The translations under genes were made by a program, and so were the position numbers. A DNA stretch of 64,000 nucleotides from Botryllus schlosseri (lineage: Eukaryota): positions 27,654,001 to 27,718,000 of the forward strand of contig CM119372.1 of assembly GCA_051294905.1 (NCBI GenBank). The letters are read 5' to 3'. The notes under the pieces were generated by a model. It saw nothing but the letters and a program-made list of their open reading frames with translations, was not told the DNA's origin and made no database searches. Within the stretch, counting starts at the first letter, position 1. Every line of letters starts with the position of its first letter. This document shows, piece after piece, positions 12,103-25,244 of the stretch.

Positions 12103-12974
12103 TAGGGCGTTTTTTTTTTACCTAAAAAAAAGAAAATTTCGACATAAAAAATCCAAATTTTGACTTTTTTTGACCTAAAAAAACTGAATTTTGACCAAAT
12201 TTTGACCTAACGTATGCAAATGAGGTGTTTTCCCACATAATGTTAAAACTGTACCACTTATCTTCATTTCTGGTTGGATCTGACTGTCCTAACGAAGTAG
12301 TTTGGCCTGAAAAAGCGTTTTTGGCTTAGAAACAGGCAACTTTTTACATGAAAAAAAAACAATATTTTAACGAAATCTGGCCCTATGAAGAATTCCAGTG
12401 GTTACAATATGTATTATGGTAGAAATGATGGAAATATTTTGTCGTACAACGAAAGATACTTTCCTACATTCTTGGGTAGAAAGTGCACGTCCTTACTAAG
12501 AAGCTTGCCAAGGACGCTCAACAGCAGCAGTTGTTGGCTGACAACACTCAAGTTGTACGTACACTGCTGGTGCTGGTGACACACCGTGTTGCTTCACTCT
12601 GACAATGTTGTCTACATCACAAATTTTCATCATGCGCTTCTTAATATAAGAATGATGCAATGCACTAGAAGTCTTTCTTCAGTTAGGATATTGCGGTACG
12701 TTGACCATAACACCATGTCTACCTATTATTTGTTTTATTTGACTGTTTATGATTCACGATGAGCAGACGATTAGCCGTTTACAACGGTAGGCCTATAAAA
12801 TAGGCTAACAGCGGTAAAATATCAAATTATAAGTTCACCGACAGTGCAAAATCTACGATACAAACAAAATGCAGGCGTCAAAAATTTTTTGACTTCATGA
12901 AAAATTTTGACAAATTTTGACCTAACGCTACAATATTGACAAAATTTTGACATGTCAAAAAAAAAATCGCCCTA
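12103..12974. mobile_element. MITE with TAGGGCG...CGCCCTA ends and TTTTGAC repeats
   Basis: Inverted ends and repeated AATTTTGAC motifs near both ends; no matching TSD. Confidence 0.55.
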
Positions 12975-12982
12975 CTTATAAT

Positions 12983-15235
12983 CAGGGCATGGTATGATAT
13001 GGTATGGTATGGTATGGAAGTATGGTATGGTATGGATTGATATTTTGGTATGGAATATGGAACAATTCAAGTATGGTATGGAATAGAAGATTTTAATCTA
13101 TGGTATGGAACGGCATTTCCATACTTCCATACTTAAGTGTTTTATACATTTTATCCTGATCTGTGCAAGCTTCATGAAGCGTACGTTGATCGCTGTTCAT
13201 GGAATACGATCGCTTTTGTTATGTGTGAACGTGAACTATTGAATGCTGTGTAGGAAAAAATACACGCTTGTGCAACTGTTTTAGGAGCACTTGGAATGAC
13301 ATGATTTTGTGATGCAATAATGACAACAGTAATGTTGATCCGATATTCTACTGAGTCTAGACACGACGTCTCCGAGCAAAGTATATCGTGTGACGCAATA
13401 ATTGGTAATGTGTAACTCCAACTACCTCATTCCTTGAGTGACGACAGCTTACAAGCAATCAAAGATGCAACGTACTAATTGCTCAATGCCAGTGGTGGCT
13501 ATTGGGGTGGGCGAGGCGGGCGGTCGCCCGCCCCCCCCCCCCCCCGTGGTCGAAGGGGCCCCCTATTTGGATTTTGCACTTTTTTCAAGGAGACTGACGA
13601 ATAAACATGGAAATCCGTGCACCAAGCAAGAATATGATTCCGTACAGGTGTGTCAATCATCATCAAATCACTGCATTTGTTAGAAAAGTCCCGTATCCCG
13701 ATAATCATCACGTCTCTGCATGCGGTAGAATTACTTAGTTTTGATGTAGTCTATCCTTGCACAGATGCAAAATAGACATGGCCGAATCCAGCACCTGGAC
13801 CAACCTTTGCGGTGGTGAGAGATAGATAATAATAACCGATGCGGAAGGGGGGTCGGGGGGCGTAGCCCCCCGGAAGTTACGGATAGATACTAATAGCCCC
13901 CCCCCCCCCGGTAAGTCTCGCCCAGGGCCCCCCGTTCGTAGGGCCACCACTGCTCAATGTGATTGATAATTACATTTCTTCTGAAATATTGTCCGCACAT
14001 TTATACTATTTACATAGCGAGATGTCTTATTGGTCACATTTCAAACGATCTCATATTAGGATTATAGATCAGGGAGTGGGGTGGATATAGTTTGAAATTC
14101 TGGCCACGCTAACCTCAACCAAATACTGTACTAATAATCACGCAGATCGCTGCAGTATTGATCGCCTGCAGCTGGGAGGGGATATTTTATGGGTGCGCCT
14201 ATATTATAGATTATTTGGCGAGTATTTACTTCAAACTTGCATGTATCTCATGCCAATGTACGGAACAGGGGCGGGCAACTTCTCCAGTTAGCGGGCCGGA
14301 TATAGGACAATTAAGTACTTTGCGGGCCGGATTGCTGAATGGATACATTATTCGCGCATATATACAAGGAATAAATCGTTTTTAATGAATATATTTTATC
14401 GACAACAATATGTCACTTCAGAGCCATTTCTCGCCGATAATGAGAATACAATGTGGATTTGAGAACAGCATTGTCATACAGGCGCCGCCATGTCTGCTTA
14501 GCTCTGATCAACTAAATCTCGGTGCAATCCTTAATTAAGATTTCAAAGCGTTTGATAAGCCCAGTACCCAAAATTTACCAAGATTTCAATTCATTAGGGT
14601 TGAGTACATCGTAAATGCCGATAATGCAAGTCTTCTCGATTCGACGAACTTACGCGTAAGCTCCATTCTCGCACGCTGCGCAGTGCGCACACCTATATAA
14701 TAACATACAGTCACTAAAATTTGATGTTTAGGCAAGTGTGGAATCTCGGCAGACTGGGGCCCCGGGCCACATTATCATGTAAGAGGGGAAACTGTCCGCG
14801 AACCGGACAAAATCTCGTCGCGGGCCGCATTTGGCACGCGGGCCGTATGTTACCCGTCCCTTTTATGGACTGTCCTAGATAACAATCTGCTGACTATCTG
14901 ATTTTGCTCGCGAAAGCTGCAGGGTAGACGTTCATGGCACCTCACCACCGTGAACTAGACCTCACCAAAACAGACTCTGTAAAACTATCACCAGGAATTA
15001 GATTCGCATCATGGCTAGTTTGAGCAAAAATGACTTCCGAAATATCAATAATATGGGTGCTAGAAAAGGTACTATACGTATGATATTGAAGTATTTGAAA
15101 GTATGGAATATGTATCACGTATGGTATGGAAGAATGTTGGTATGGTATGGAAAATTGCAAGTATGGTATGGAGAGAGTAAGGCAAGTATGGAGTATGGAA
15201 AATTGCCGTTCCATACCATACCGTACCATGCCCTG
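12983..15235. mobile_element. Non-autonomous hAT element with (GTATG)n subterminal repeats
   Basis: TIR CAGGGCATGGTA / TACCATGCCCTG; exact TSD CTTATAAT. Contains MITEs at 13490-13952 (TSD CTCAATGC/CTCAATGT) and ~14266-14862. Confidence 0.92.
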
Positions 15236-18200
15236 CTTATAATGCATTCTCTTTAAATGTCGACAAGGAATTTGGTGGATCCATTCGCGGAAGCCCTTGA
15301 CTGCGCCCTTGCGGGCGAAGTTTTTTATTTTTACCGCTATGCTGGCCTCGGCTGCCATTGTATACAATTATTAGATTACTAACCAACGGATGGATTCGCA
15401 ACACGTGACTCACGATTGAATACGCCGAGAAGCGAACTGCTGAGCCGACTAAAAGCAGCAGAATTGATAGTCCCATAGCTGGCGATCCAAGCGTCGAAAT
15501 TTGATATGTATGGTCCTAATCGAAAGCTAGTGTCGCACTGATTCCGCAATAAAAGTATATTTCCAGGCAATGGTACCATCCCAAAATAGTCGTGAAAGTC
15601 TGGGAATCGGCATTGTTCTGAACAATCGCTGGGCGTAATTGGTCATTGTTGTGGTCATGCTGCTGCGGCGCTCTCACTCTTCGGAACAGTCGGCCTTAAA
15701 CGGCTATTTTGGAGCAGTTTCATTGCCCTGACGAGATTTTAATTTGTATTTTTGGAATTAGTGCATCAATAGCTTACGATGAAGACCAGATGCATCCAAT
15801 TTGGACGCTTGGATCGCCAGCTCTAGGACTACAAAGTTTGCTGCTTTTAGCCGGCTCTGCAGTACGTTTGTCGGTGCATTCACCCGTGACTCACTTCTTG
15901 CAAATCTATCCGTGGGTTGGCAATCTACAATACGATTTCAGATCACGATGCTGCATCGTTACTTCGTCTGGCTAACTAACCATACCACTGGATATTATAT
16001 AACGTCTTATCTGACAAAGCACGGTTTTGTTTTTACTCCTCATCCTAATTCCTACGTCCCTCGATAAAAATAATATTATTTCTTTAATTATATATTATAT
16101 ACGCAAATCCAACATGGGCATATATTATAATACTTTTTCAACGACATACTGCATACTGGAATAGTTCGAAAACGTTTTTTCTTTTCATTAATAAACGGGT
16201 ATTTGCGTATCATGAATGAAACATGAATACTTGAATTGTTGTTTATTACGACGCTACGGTTGTCAAGGAGCACGGTTGAATTTATGATGATTCAATTACA
16301 TGTTCAACAGCAGCAATTGTAATTGTAATTGTAATATAATTGAAGCATGCAAGGAGTAATTGTAATTGTAATTTGATATTTTTAGCATGGAGTAGGCTAA
16401 TTGTAATTGTAATGTAATTGAAACATGCATGAAAGTAATTGTGATTGTAATTGTAATTGAACTGAAATAATGTAATTGGTCCAACTCTGCTCGCTATTGG
16501 ACGATGAGTGGATTGGTAAATTGTCCTGTCTGTTGTTTTCAAAACTCGACTGACCTATCGTGTCGCGATTTCCGGTTCAATTGAGTACGGCTGCTACCTT
16601 CGTGTAATCAAAACTGGTTTGCAGTGAATAAAGTTTTATTATCAGGCGAATATTTTCAAGGTTATTGTATTCTTTGCTGTAATCTCTATGGAGTGTACTC
16701 CGACGAAACGGAAAAGTCCTCCCGGCATGACTCGGCGTGTAATCCCAATCGTGGGTTGGTTGATCCAATATTTCTTGAATGTGATAAGGTGAGGGAATAT
16801 TTGCCCATTGAACATCACATCTGTGAAGTGAACGCTCCTCTTAATCCGTATATCGGAGCCTATGCTCTATCTCAAGTGTGCGGTCAAGGCGTTGGGCCAC
16901 ACGAAACGATATAAATTCAAGCTTGACGTTTGAGCTGACATATTCTGGTCCGGATCTTTGCTGTAATTTTTCACGTATGAAGATCGAATCTTTCTGGATC
17001 TTTATGGTGTGTAACCCGACGAAACGGAAAAGTTCGCTTGGCGTGACTCGGCGTGTAATGGCGAATTGTTTGACTTAGGGGTAAATATAATGACTACTTA
17101 TGCCATGTTTCAAGGTCGTCAAGTTCGTCAATGTCACATGAATCGATGTAAAGTCCCGATTGGTTGAATTGTTGTTCTTCGAAGGGAGTGGGGAACGGTT
17201 TGCTGTTTTTAAGGGCTACATCCAAAATTACTACCGTAACCCGCTGTCAGTCAGGCGCAGAGACGAGCGGATGTGAAGATTTGATATTACGAAACCATCT
17301 TGCTCCGGTTTATATGTTAAAACTCAACTGGCGTATGATTTCTCTTGGATCTCTCGATCAATGATTTCCGGTTCAATCGAGTGTGACTGCAAGCTATCTG
17401 TGTGATGCACGGGTTATCAAATCAAACTCGTTTGTGTTATTGACTCCACATTGACATGACCGTACGCAGACAGTTTTGGATAACTATATGGGATTCGATT
17501 GAAAACGGCTTTATTACAAACAAGCTGAGATAAATCCATTGTTCTTGCTACTTGCTAGCCGTCATTTTCAAGCGGTTGTTGACGACGTCCAAAACTACTT
17601 AGCAGTTTAGGACAGTAGATGGTGTGCAAGGAGCGAGACTCGTATAAGATACAAATGAGGGTGAATTTGGATGAAAAAGCAACGCATTGAAGGATCTTTA
17701 CGGGATTACTTTTGGATTTACGTTTATCCGGACCTGGATTTGTGGAATTTACATGCTACTGGCCAAATAATTTCGCTGGCAAGTGATGCCAATGAATCAA
17801 CCGTGATGGGTTCTGTATCACACACAATAAAATATCGCAAATATATACACCTCAAACGTTACCGTATTGCAGCTGTTCTTGAGACAATTTAGTGTCAGTT
17901 TAATTATATTTTCATACTTTCAAAATACTACAAAACTGCGATACAATGAAAGATAGGAAGGTGTCGAAACGAGTTGGAGTAGTCTTTGAAATCGGACACC
18001 CACGTTGGCATAGGCAAAGTGCAGAAGAGGAATACACAGCGAATGAAAACTAAAGCATATAATATGAAAGGCAATCGAAAAAATGAGGTGACATGGGACG
18101 GAAGGCTAGATCGAAATGTTAGTTTGTGGTCCGGTAATGTTACTAGTATTGTAGTATGTGTGTGTGTGTGTGTGTCTCTGTGTGTGTGACCATGGCTATG

Positions 18201-19283
18201 TCTTTGTACGATGCATGTCGATCCTCGCTTCATCGCAATGTCCTGTCCAATACCGCTTTCTGCCTGGTATTGTAGCAGGTACGAATGTTCGACTATATTT
18301 TCAGATTGCACATGATTGTTTCCTGATATGAATGATTGTTTACCACGGTGAACCGTCCGAGATCGCACCGTTGTAATCAATATTCACATTTCTATACACA
18401 AAATCGCCCGAAAGAACGTTAGCCGATAACGACGAATCTCGTATTATTGCCGCCCTAAAAGATGGTTCATTTGTAAAAACTCACTGCGTTAAGGTCAGTA
18501 TTGAAAATATTAGGAATGAAATTTACATATCTAAATATATTGAAAATATATCCTGCTGGAGTTGATATCATGGCGGGTAGAGTTTGTTTCATTTTTTTTG
18601 ATATTCACGTTGCTTGTAGACTACTACGGTCATTTACAACAGGATAATTATAGTCATTTATTTGTGTTCCGTAGCCGCCGACTTGTAGCACGGCTCACTT
18701 CTGAGCTTCTTGAAGACACCGCTTACATGGATTATTTGAAAAATAGGAGCCCACATAAACCTCCAACACTTGGTTAGGAATTCTCAGTGGCGGCTCGTGA
18801 CAATATCGGGTGGTGGGGCAAGGGCTGCAAGCGACTTTTTATCAAGATGACGTCACAATGGCGTTTTCCAACGTAAACAAATAACTTGGTGGTACAGTAA
18901 CACGAACTTCCCAACGACAGTGATTTTAACGTATGTGCCGCGAGAGGTCTGCAGGTGAGCTGTGACTTGAAGTGGGGTAAGTTCGTAAACGGCGTACGGA
19001 ATAAAGATTCGGCACGGTTCATGTTCGCACTATACCTGACTAATTATCTGCGGAAATGGAAATTAATATAACTCGAGAGATTGCGTAAGCCCTGGAAAGG
19101 TCAACGAGTTCGGACACATACGCAATTTTTATCTCATAGATTGGACATGTCATATTGAATCCAAAACATAATTCTGAAGAACTACGGATAGCAGCCTCGG
19201 AAATTCGGTCCCGGTACAGCATAGGAAATTTTGGCCTTGAGGCTGGAGACTGTCACACGTCACATACGGCTTACAGTCTATAG

Positions 19284-21284
19284 CAGTGGTTCCCAAACTT
19301 TTTCGATGTGAGGGCCAAATTTAGAATTTCGGAGTACGGTCGGGGCCGCACGAATACTACGGCTATGAAACGGAACCAAACAGTCATCATGGTTATATCG
19401 GAGTAGTTTTATTGCCCTGGCCAGATTTCAAAACTGTTTATCGCTACTTATCTGCGGCATTGGGTGTCGGTTGTGTGAATCAGCTTTTCTCGCCTAAAGG
19501 CGCGAAGCGCGAGAAAGTTCTTTAGTTTCATGACTGAATCGGTCAATATGATCAGGAATTGCATGTATTGCTATCAGTTTTCATCCTGTCTCTGTTCATG
19601 TAATCTGATTTACCGGTAGAGCTGAGTGAGGTGTGTTTGAAAAGGTAAAGGCCCCCTCAATAGGGATTAAACATCTCCGGGGGTATACCCGTTGGCAGGA
19701 ACGTAGTAGCACTTCTTCAGGACCCCGGGCTCCCATGGGGTGATAAACTGACCACGCATCACGTTGTTCGCCTTTGTCACGAAATTATAGTTGTCCCGTT
19801 TAGTGAGACAACACTACGCGCGAATATGTCGATAATTCATGATAAAATTGGTAAATAAGATCGGGAATTGCATGGTTGTCCTCTTTGCCCACGTAATCAG
19901 ATTTACCAGTAGAGCAGAGTGAGAGGTGTCTTTGAAACTGCAGACCCCGTAAAATTAAACATATTCGGACGTGTGAACGAACCCCTAGGAATGACTTCTT
20001 TACATGATGTTATTTCGTGACCTCCTGTCTGCAATATCAAAAAATGTAGAATTGCCCTAACCTACTAAACTGAAAGATCACGCGATTTCAGATTGGTATT
20101 TCCTCACTGGCATATAATTTTCTTTTCTGCGGGATGGTGTTTGTCTTGTGAGGTTCAGACTGCCAAGACAAGAACATTCGGCGCCAGTCATTCAGGCGCC
20201 TATATGGACAATTAAACCTTAATTTTTTTCGTATATTTAAAGAAGTTAATCGTATTTCGAAGTTTTTGGTCAGCCTAAATGCAGTCCTTTACGGCCAAGG
20301 CTTTCTCGCTCCCGATCGTTCTGACACACTTCTTGAAGTCACATGTTATATGGCCTAAAACTTTATGTCTTGGTGCGTTGTGGTGCGGTCATGGCCAACG
20401 CTAATATGCCCATTTCTATGAATCTTGCGTATTTTTTCTTGGGGAAGAGTACCCAATAACCAAAGTTGCATAAATTGTCAAAAAATACTCTATTATTTAT
20501 GCTAATTCACGAAATAATTTTAGGCGCCCGTTCGAGCTCGGCCCTCCTCAATTCGGGGGTTTGGGCTGCGGCAGTTACCGCCCTGACTATATGACTAATT
20601 ATTATGCTGCTTTTAGCAAGCTATAGCTTATAAGCAGTATGCAATATGCATCTCGACGTATTCAGCCATGAGTCACGTGTTGCACATCTAGTTATTATAG
20701 CGGTGCCATACGACCTCTTTTAAGATGATTTGTCCTCTTTTTGTGTCCTCTGAGGACGCCCAAATGTCTTCTTTTTTGAGGATTTTGGTTATATATAAGG
20801 GCCAAATTCGACTGATATACATTAAGTCAGCACTGTATGAACGCTACTGCGGCTATTTTTGGAGCTGGACCGGAAAGTTGACCTTTTTTTTCAGTCAACC
20901 ACCTGTTACCGTGAAAGAAAAACTGCATTTTCCGGGTGTTGAGCCTCTTTTTCTTTTTTGGTCAGGCGACCACGAAGTGGGAAAATTTACCAGGTTTTCA
21001 GGATTTTCCTTCGGTTTCGAAAGTTATCAATACCTATTTATATCAATAGCTACTGCTCGTTCAACTGGAAAGTTAGGGCACCACATTGCATTGAAACAGC
21101 AGTGACGTAACGTTAGCAGTCTATACTCACAACTTTCCTGCAATTCTATAATTAAAAACTACAGAGGCCAAGCCAAGCAAGAGTATTTTATAAATTTTAA
21201 TTTTATTTTTTGTAATAAATCCATTTCTCAATATATTTCGGAGGCCGCAAGAAGGCTATCTGGGGCCGCACTTGGGAATCACTG
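19284..21284. mobile_element. hAT-type non-autonomous element; interior ~19500-20500 is an inverted homologue of ~48500-49160
   Basis: CAGTGGTTCCCAA / TTGGGAATCACTG ends; TSD weak. Confidence 0.6.
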
Positions 21285-21289
21285 GTCCT

Positions 21290-22415
21290 AGTGTCTATAT
21301 GTCTGCTGCAAAATCGCCTTTGCAAAATATATTACCGAATAAATACGAGGATGAAACTTGGTACACTGTTACATGAAATCATCGAGAAGTGGCCTGATGA
21401 CCGTTTTCGGTATGGTACACTGTCAAAATTAATACGAACAGACCAACACCGAATTTTGCGTAAAATTTACTGAGGAATAGGCTGATCAAGCGATCAGCTG
21501 TTAGCCGCCATCGAAAACGAAAAAGCTATCACGCTTGACAGGGGTTGTAATGGTAAGCAAATGGCCTGACGGCCTCAACTTCACGGTGAAATTGACATTG
21601 GAGAATATAAAATAAAAGTAAATATTTGAATGCAAACCGAGGATGATAGTGAACGGTTTCATGATATCATCATCTCATCACCTATCTCAGTATGGAACAC
21701 AGTTAGCGTTAACACAGATACAGCAGCTTTTGCTTGAAATCCGCAATGCGTTTGGTAGGCTAAGTGTAAGACCAGCGCACATCTCTACCATACTCGACAT
21801 TGATAACGAAATTGCTGCCCCAATCATTGAATGCCAACCTTGAGACTCGGCACAGCGTTCGATACTAAAATCAAGACATACCATGCCAAAGCTCATGACG
21901 GATCTAGGTAAGGAGCATCTTTAAAATCAATCGAGACTAATACCGGCTTTGCGTAAAATATGTTTGCGATAAATGACGAGTCAGCTCTCACTCGACTTAG
22001 GAAACGAAATTACCACTAACATAGCTCATTGACAAACTTGAAACTTGACATGACCGATCTCGGTATGAAACATCGTCAAAATCAATGGATACCAATACCG
22101 GCTTTTGAGTAAAACCTGTTTGCGATATATGACGGATCAGCAAACACTCAACTTCGGAAACGGAATTGCTACCCTAAACTTTAAGTAGAAACCCTGAAAC
22201 TTGGGACAGTGTTGAATACCACCATCACGACATGACATACCAAGTTTCAAGAATTATCATGGTGTTAAACATCATCAAAATCGACCTATACCAGCAAAGG
22301 TCGACTAAACGCATATGACGGTAACCGAGTTCAGATATAAATACGATTGTTACATCACACCTTAAGGGCAACCAGGCTATGTTGCCCCACCTGCTCGGTA
22401 ATTTTATGAATAGGA
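21290..22415. repeat. Interspersed repeat, possibly Helentron-associated; related pieces at 29090-29600 and 33629-33708
   Basis: Recurring AAACTTGGTACAC / TACCAAGTTT and TTCGGTATGGTACA motifs; internal direct repeat ~21922-22020 / ~22078-22180. Class assignment is weak. Confidence 0.4.
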
Positions 22416-25244
22416 GAAAGTAAATCACTTTTTCTTTATTGTGCGCGGCTTTGAGAGAATAGACAGTGAAAGCTTGTTATGAGCGCTACCGGGGCATGCC
22501 CCGGCTAGGCATGCGCAAAGCGAAATCACGGAAGAGATTCGATTTTCGCAGAGACTTCGCTATATATGGGTATTTACAAGCGAAAGGACTAGAAGAATAC
22601 GATTTTCGCTGTGATTTCTGTATATATAGATTGCTGTGCGTCTATAAATGGATAAGAATTGTTATTGAACATAATTTTAGGGGGGGAGCAATGCCCCAGT
22701 TGCCCCATAGGACGAGCCGCCACTGGGAATTCTGTAGTCGAACTCAGTCAGACTCGAACTGGCAACCCATTGGTGTTGTAGCTGCGGAATCGACCACTAC
22801 GGTATTTCGACACAGCGGGTGAAGTCATTATTCACTCTGCGTCATGGATTATATTTTCTTTAACATCAAACTGTTGATATACTTCCATTTCTTGTGTTCT
22901 TGAAACAGACAACATACCTATTTAAAAAATGGGTCACGTATTTTCTTCATACACAGGCTCTAATAACTCTAGTTTTTTCACTCAATTTTACCGGCAAATA
23001 TTCTCAAACTCGTGTTTCAGCGACACTAAGTCAGTCCATCAGTATCCTACGAAACGGAAAGAACGTTCCCGATACGTCCGCGTACAATGGAATCGAGTAT
23101 CGTAGTTCTCGATACAGGAAACACATCGATGCAAGAGTCACGAGTCGGAAGAAAATGAATACATTGAGGTAATTATTCCAAACAGGTATTTTAAACCCCG
23201 ACTGACGTCATCTTATCACACTCGATCGATCACGACTGATTCATGGCCCTCACTTGCCAGCGCAATTATTTCGCGAGTAGCAAGTAAAATTTTGAAAAAT
23301 TTGGGTCAGGATAAGCGTGAATACAAATGTAATCCAATAAAAATCATCCAATGCGTTGTAGGCCTACTCCTTACCGATATTCATGCTCATTTGTATAGTA
23401 TACGAGCCCCGATTGGTCGGCGTATAATGGAATCGAGTATCGTAGTTCTCGATGCAGGAACCACATCGATGGAAAAGTCACGACTTAGGAGAAAACTGAT
23501 TACTTTGATGTAATTGATCCAAACGAGTATTTTGAACCCCGATTGACATCATCGCAACACACTTGATCGATCACGGCTGATTCATAGGCATCACTTGCCA
23601 GGCTCACTCCTTGCACACTCGCCATCTACTATCCTAAACTGCTTAGTAGTTTTGGACGTCGTCAACAACCGCTTGAAAATGGTGGCTAGCAAGTAGCAAG
23701 AACAATGAATTTATCTCAGCTTGCTTGTAATAAAGCCGTTTTCAATCGAATCCCATACAGTTATTCAAAACTGTCTGCGAACGGCCATGTCAATGTGGAG
23801 TCAATGACACAAACGAGTTTGATTTGATAACCCGTGCACCACACAGATAGCTTGCAGTCACACTCGATTGAGCCGGAAATCAGTGATCGAGAGATCCAAG
23901 AGAAATCCTACGCCAGTTGAGTTTTAAAATATAAACCGGAGCAAGATGGTTTCATAATACAAAATCTTTACATCCGCTAGTGTCGGCGCCTGACTGACAG
24001 CGGGTTACGGTAGTAGTTTTGGATGTAGCCCTTGAAAACAGCAAACCGTTCCTCACCCCCTTCGAAGAATGACAATTCAATCAAGCGGGACTTTACATTG
24101 ATTCATGTGACATTGACGTCCTTGACAACCTTGAAACATGGCATAAGTTGTCATAATATACCCCTCAGTCAATCAACCCGCCATTACACGCCGAGTCACG
24201 CCAGGCGAACTTTTCCGTTTCACACCGTAGAGATCCAGAAGGATTGGATCTTCATACGTGAAAAATTACAGCAAAGCTCCGGACCAGAGTATGTCAGCTC
24301 AAACGTCAAGCGTGAATTTAAATCGTTGACCGCACACTTGAGATAGAGCATAGGCTTCCATATACCGATCAAGAGGAGCGTTCACTACACAGATGTGATG
24401 TTCAATGTGCAAATTTTCCCTCACCGCATCACATTAAAAAAAAATGGATCAACCAACCTTAGATTACACGCCGGGTCATGCCGGGGGAACTTTTCCGTTT
24501 CGTCGGAGTACACACCATAGAGATCCAGAAATATTCGATCGGTATACGTATACCATAAAATTACAATAACCTTGAGAATATTCACCTGATAATAAAACTT
24601 TATTAGCCGCAAACCAGTTTTGTTTACACGCAGATAGCAGCCGTACTCAATTGAACCGGAAATCGCGACACGATAGGTCATCCGAGTTTTGAAATCAACA
24701 GACAGGGCAATTTACCAATCCACTCATCATCCAATAGCGAGTCACGCTATTTTTCAGCCTCGAAAATGACGCTAGATGTGTAATTACATCAAACTCATTT
24801 AAATTGGAAATCTGCCCAGTCAGCCACATAATTTATCGATCAGACCGCTTGCAGCAATCAGTCACGCGGGGAAGCAGCCTCGGCATTTCTGCAAAATGCG
24901 TAAGTCCGTTAACCTTTGTTTTTTCATCATATTAGAGAAGTTGGTTTCTTTATTAAAAAAGTTTGAATGTACCCATATCCCCCAAACCTATACTACTGAG
25001 AAAAAGGTTGCGAACCACTGCTCTATTGTATTATATCAAGTAAGGAAACTTTTCATGAATGTAATTAGAAAGTACACTATATTTGATAGGAGTTCTCATT
25101 TTTTTTCATGAGATCCAGTTCAATATATAAGGGTGGTAATACAACATTGGATCTGTCGATCGATAAGAGCTGGCTCTGAAGCATTTAAAACCTTGGTGTA
25201 AGATACCACCTCATCTGCTGAGTCATCGGCCACTTATGATATCT

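Larger units (their letters stand above)
11900..16489. mobile_element. Non-autonomous hAT element with (AATTGT)n subterminal repeats
   Basis: TIR CAGAGTTGGA / TCCAACTCTG; exact TSD CTCGCTAT; empty site at 24734-24741. Confidence 0.93.
11425..24997. mobile_element. Giant-TIR element, probable non-autonomous Maverick/Polinton relic
   Basis: Left arm 11425-17807 (after removing two insertions) is the reverse complement of 23229-24997. Termini AGTAGTATAGGTTTGGGG / CCCCAAACCTATACTACT. Flanks AACAAA/GAGAAA match 4/6. No pPolB, integrase, ATPase or capsid motif recognised. Confidence 0.62.
10996..25020. mobile_element. hAT MITE split by the giant-TIR element (left part 10996-11424, right end 24998-25020)
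   Basis: CAGTGGTTCCCAACC at 10996 and AAAAAGGTTGCGAACCACTG ending 25020 directly abut the AGTAGT/ACTACT termini. Flanking 8-mers do not match. Confidence 0.6.

Noticed and set aside
12244..12307. Possible small minus-strand exon (TTTTTCAG acceptor)
   Set aside because: Lies inside nested transposons that are absent from the homologous right arm.
14942..16542. ORFs rich in YG/IPY and ITIT/NYNY
   Set aside because: Translations of GTATG and AATTGT subterminal repeats of hAT elements.
17080..17225. Cytidylyltransferase-like DID...D motif in GLYIDSCDIDELDDL
   Set aside because: Short acidic motif with no N-terminal nucleotidyltransferase signature; the frame is broken in the other arm.
21394..21420. 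Other hammerhead-like cores (CTGATGA-CCG-TTTT-CGG here; CTGACGA near 15728 and 9720)
   Set aside because: No GAAA after stem II and no stem I/III pairing.
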